A DNA stretch of 64,000 nucleotides from an uncultured Eubacteriales bacterium (GTDB taxonomy: Bacteria; Bacillota; Clostridia; Peptostreptococcales; Anaerovoracaceae), in contig CADABZ010000009.1 in assembly GCA_902786355.1 (NCBI GenBank), positions 19,498-83,497 of the forward strand. Reading direction: 5' to 3'. How positions within the stretch are numbered: the first letter of the stretch is position 1; every line of letters starts with the position of its first letter. The notes under the pieces were generated by a model. It was given only the letters and a program-made list of their open reading frames with translations. It had not been told where the DNA came from and ran no database searches. Positions 63,566 through 64,000 of the stretch are shown in pieces. Made by a program: the position numbers and the translations under genes.

Positions 63566-64000
63566 ATGAGTAGCGATGATTATAAAGAACAAAGAAGAAA
63601 CAGGCAGAAAGAACTAGCTAGAAAATATATTATGTCAGACGAGGTGGATCAGGTAGCGCTGGAAGAACTCAACCGCTTGTGCAAGCCGATTTATTTGTAT
63701 ATTTATAGCGGCTACCATATAAAGCTCCCTCACATAGACAAAGATGATTATATTCTTATGGGATATATTACCCTGTGGAAGGTTTTGGAGAGATGCAGAA
63801 AAAACCCGGATATTATAAACAACTTCAGCGCATATCTGTTTCGTTCTATCAGAAATGCATATGCTGCTGAATTCAGAAAGTATGTGTTCAAGAACCCTAT
63901 AGTCATGAAGGACTATGAGTATGACCGTGCTGGGTATGAATATAACATTGCTCATACAGTAATGCTTACAAAATACAAAGAGCGTGTGCTGCAGTATGAA
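63566..64000 (+). CDS. Sigma-70-family (region 2-like) protein, 3' end cut by window edge
   Basis: This ORF is not in the track because no stop falls inside the window. GGAGGG lies 6 nt before the ATG at 63566. FSAYLFRSIRNAYAAEFRKY resembles sigma region 2.2-2.3, and such small sigma factors are common in Firmicutes ICEs. Confidence 0.5.
   Translation, partial: MSSDDYKEQRRNRQKELARKYIMSDEVDQVALEELNRLCKPIYLYIYSGYHIKLPHIDKDDYILMGYITLWKVLERCRKNPDIINNFSAYLFRSIRNAYAAEFRKYVFKNPIVMKDYEYDRAGYEYNIAHTVMLTKYKERVLQYE

Larger units (their letters stand above)
51912..64000 (+). mobile_element. Left portion of an integrative/conjugative-element-like island inserted downstream of rlmD (runs off window)
   Basis: Gene content switches abruptly after the rlmD terminator. 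It begins with repeat-rich non-coding DNA plus an IS30 transposase. It continues with parA, parB, a VaFE-repeat sortase-anchored adhesin, small overlapping ORFs, radC, a PC4/YdbC-like protein and a sigma-70-like gene, a set typical of Firmicutes ICEs. The exact left junction was not determined. Confidence 0.6.

Noticed and set aside
1-64000. A search by eye for CRISPR arrays, tRNA/rRNA genes and long tandem repeats outside coding regions.
   Set aside because: I saw no regularly spaced direct repeats, no tRNA-like T-arm motif (GGTTCGAATCC-type) and no rRNA-like segments. A tRNAscan/Infernal run would be needed to be certain.

Overview
This is a 64-kb chromosomal window from a saccharolytic, anaerobic Firmicutes/Clostridia-type genome; the gene content resembles Lachnospiraceae, but that taxonomy is inference only. 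Almost all genes are on the + strand. I found no rRNA, tRNA or CRISPR array.

1. 1-15.7 kb: housekeeping and accessory genes. These include an FtsX permease, proC, an FNR-like regulator, hydrolases, three EamA/DMT transporters (one carrying an in-frame TAG), an LMW-PTP, an Fe-S aldo/keto reductase, and a Nudix plus nicotinamidase pair.
2. 15.8-19.6 kb: the most interesting block. It is a nitrogenase-like NifH/NifD/NifK-type operon with no nif, bch or cfb context. An 81-aa TM1266-type ACT regulator precedes it and an EamA transporter follows it.
3. 20.6-38.5 kb: a large raffinose-family-oligosaccharide/sucrose utilisation locus. It holds GH1, GH13, an esterase, two GH36 enzymes, an ABC importer with its own MsmK-type ATPase, GH32, fructokinase and amylosucrase. 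An orphan hydF is translationally abutted to its last gene.
4. 40-45 kb: an acyl-CoA ligase and a double-cubane/2-hydroxyacyl-CoA-dehydratase-like reductase split by a +1 frame change, together with a DUF3343 protein and its ATP-dependent activase.
5. 45-51.8 kb: an AI-2E transporter, murB, a PHP protein, rapZ, whiA and rlmD.
6. 51.9-64 kb: directly after the rlmD terminator, the left part of an integrative/conjugative-element-like island. It starts with about 2.4 kb of repeat-rich non-coding DNA interrupted by an IS30-family transposase. It continues with parA/parB, a 1563-aa VaFE-repeat surface adhesin, small overlapping ORFs, radC, a PC4/YdbC-like protein and a sigma-70-like gene cut by the window end.

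Other signals seen directly in the sequence are a perfect FNR box at -41.5 of an extended -10 promoter driving a 34-codon ORF, a terminator hairpin wedged between the TM1266-like gene and the nifH-like gene, a GC-rich three-way-junction leader, and an atypical (Asp-less) receiver-SARP regulator.
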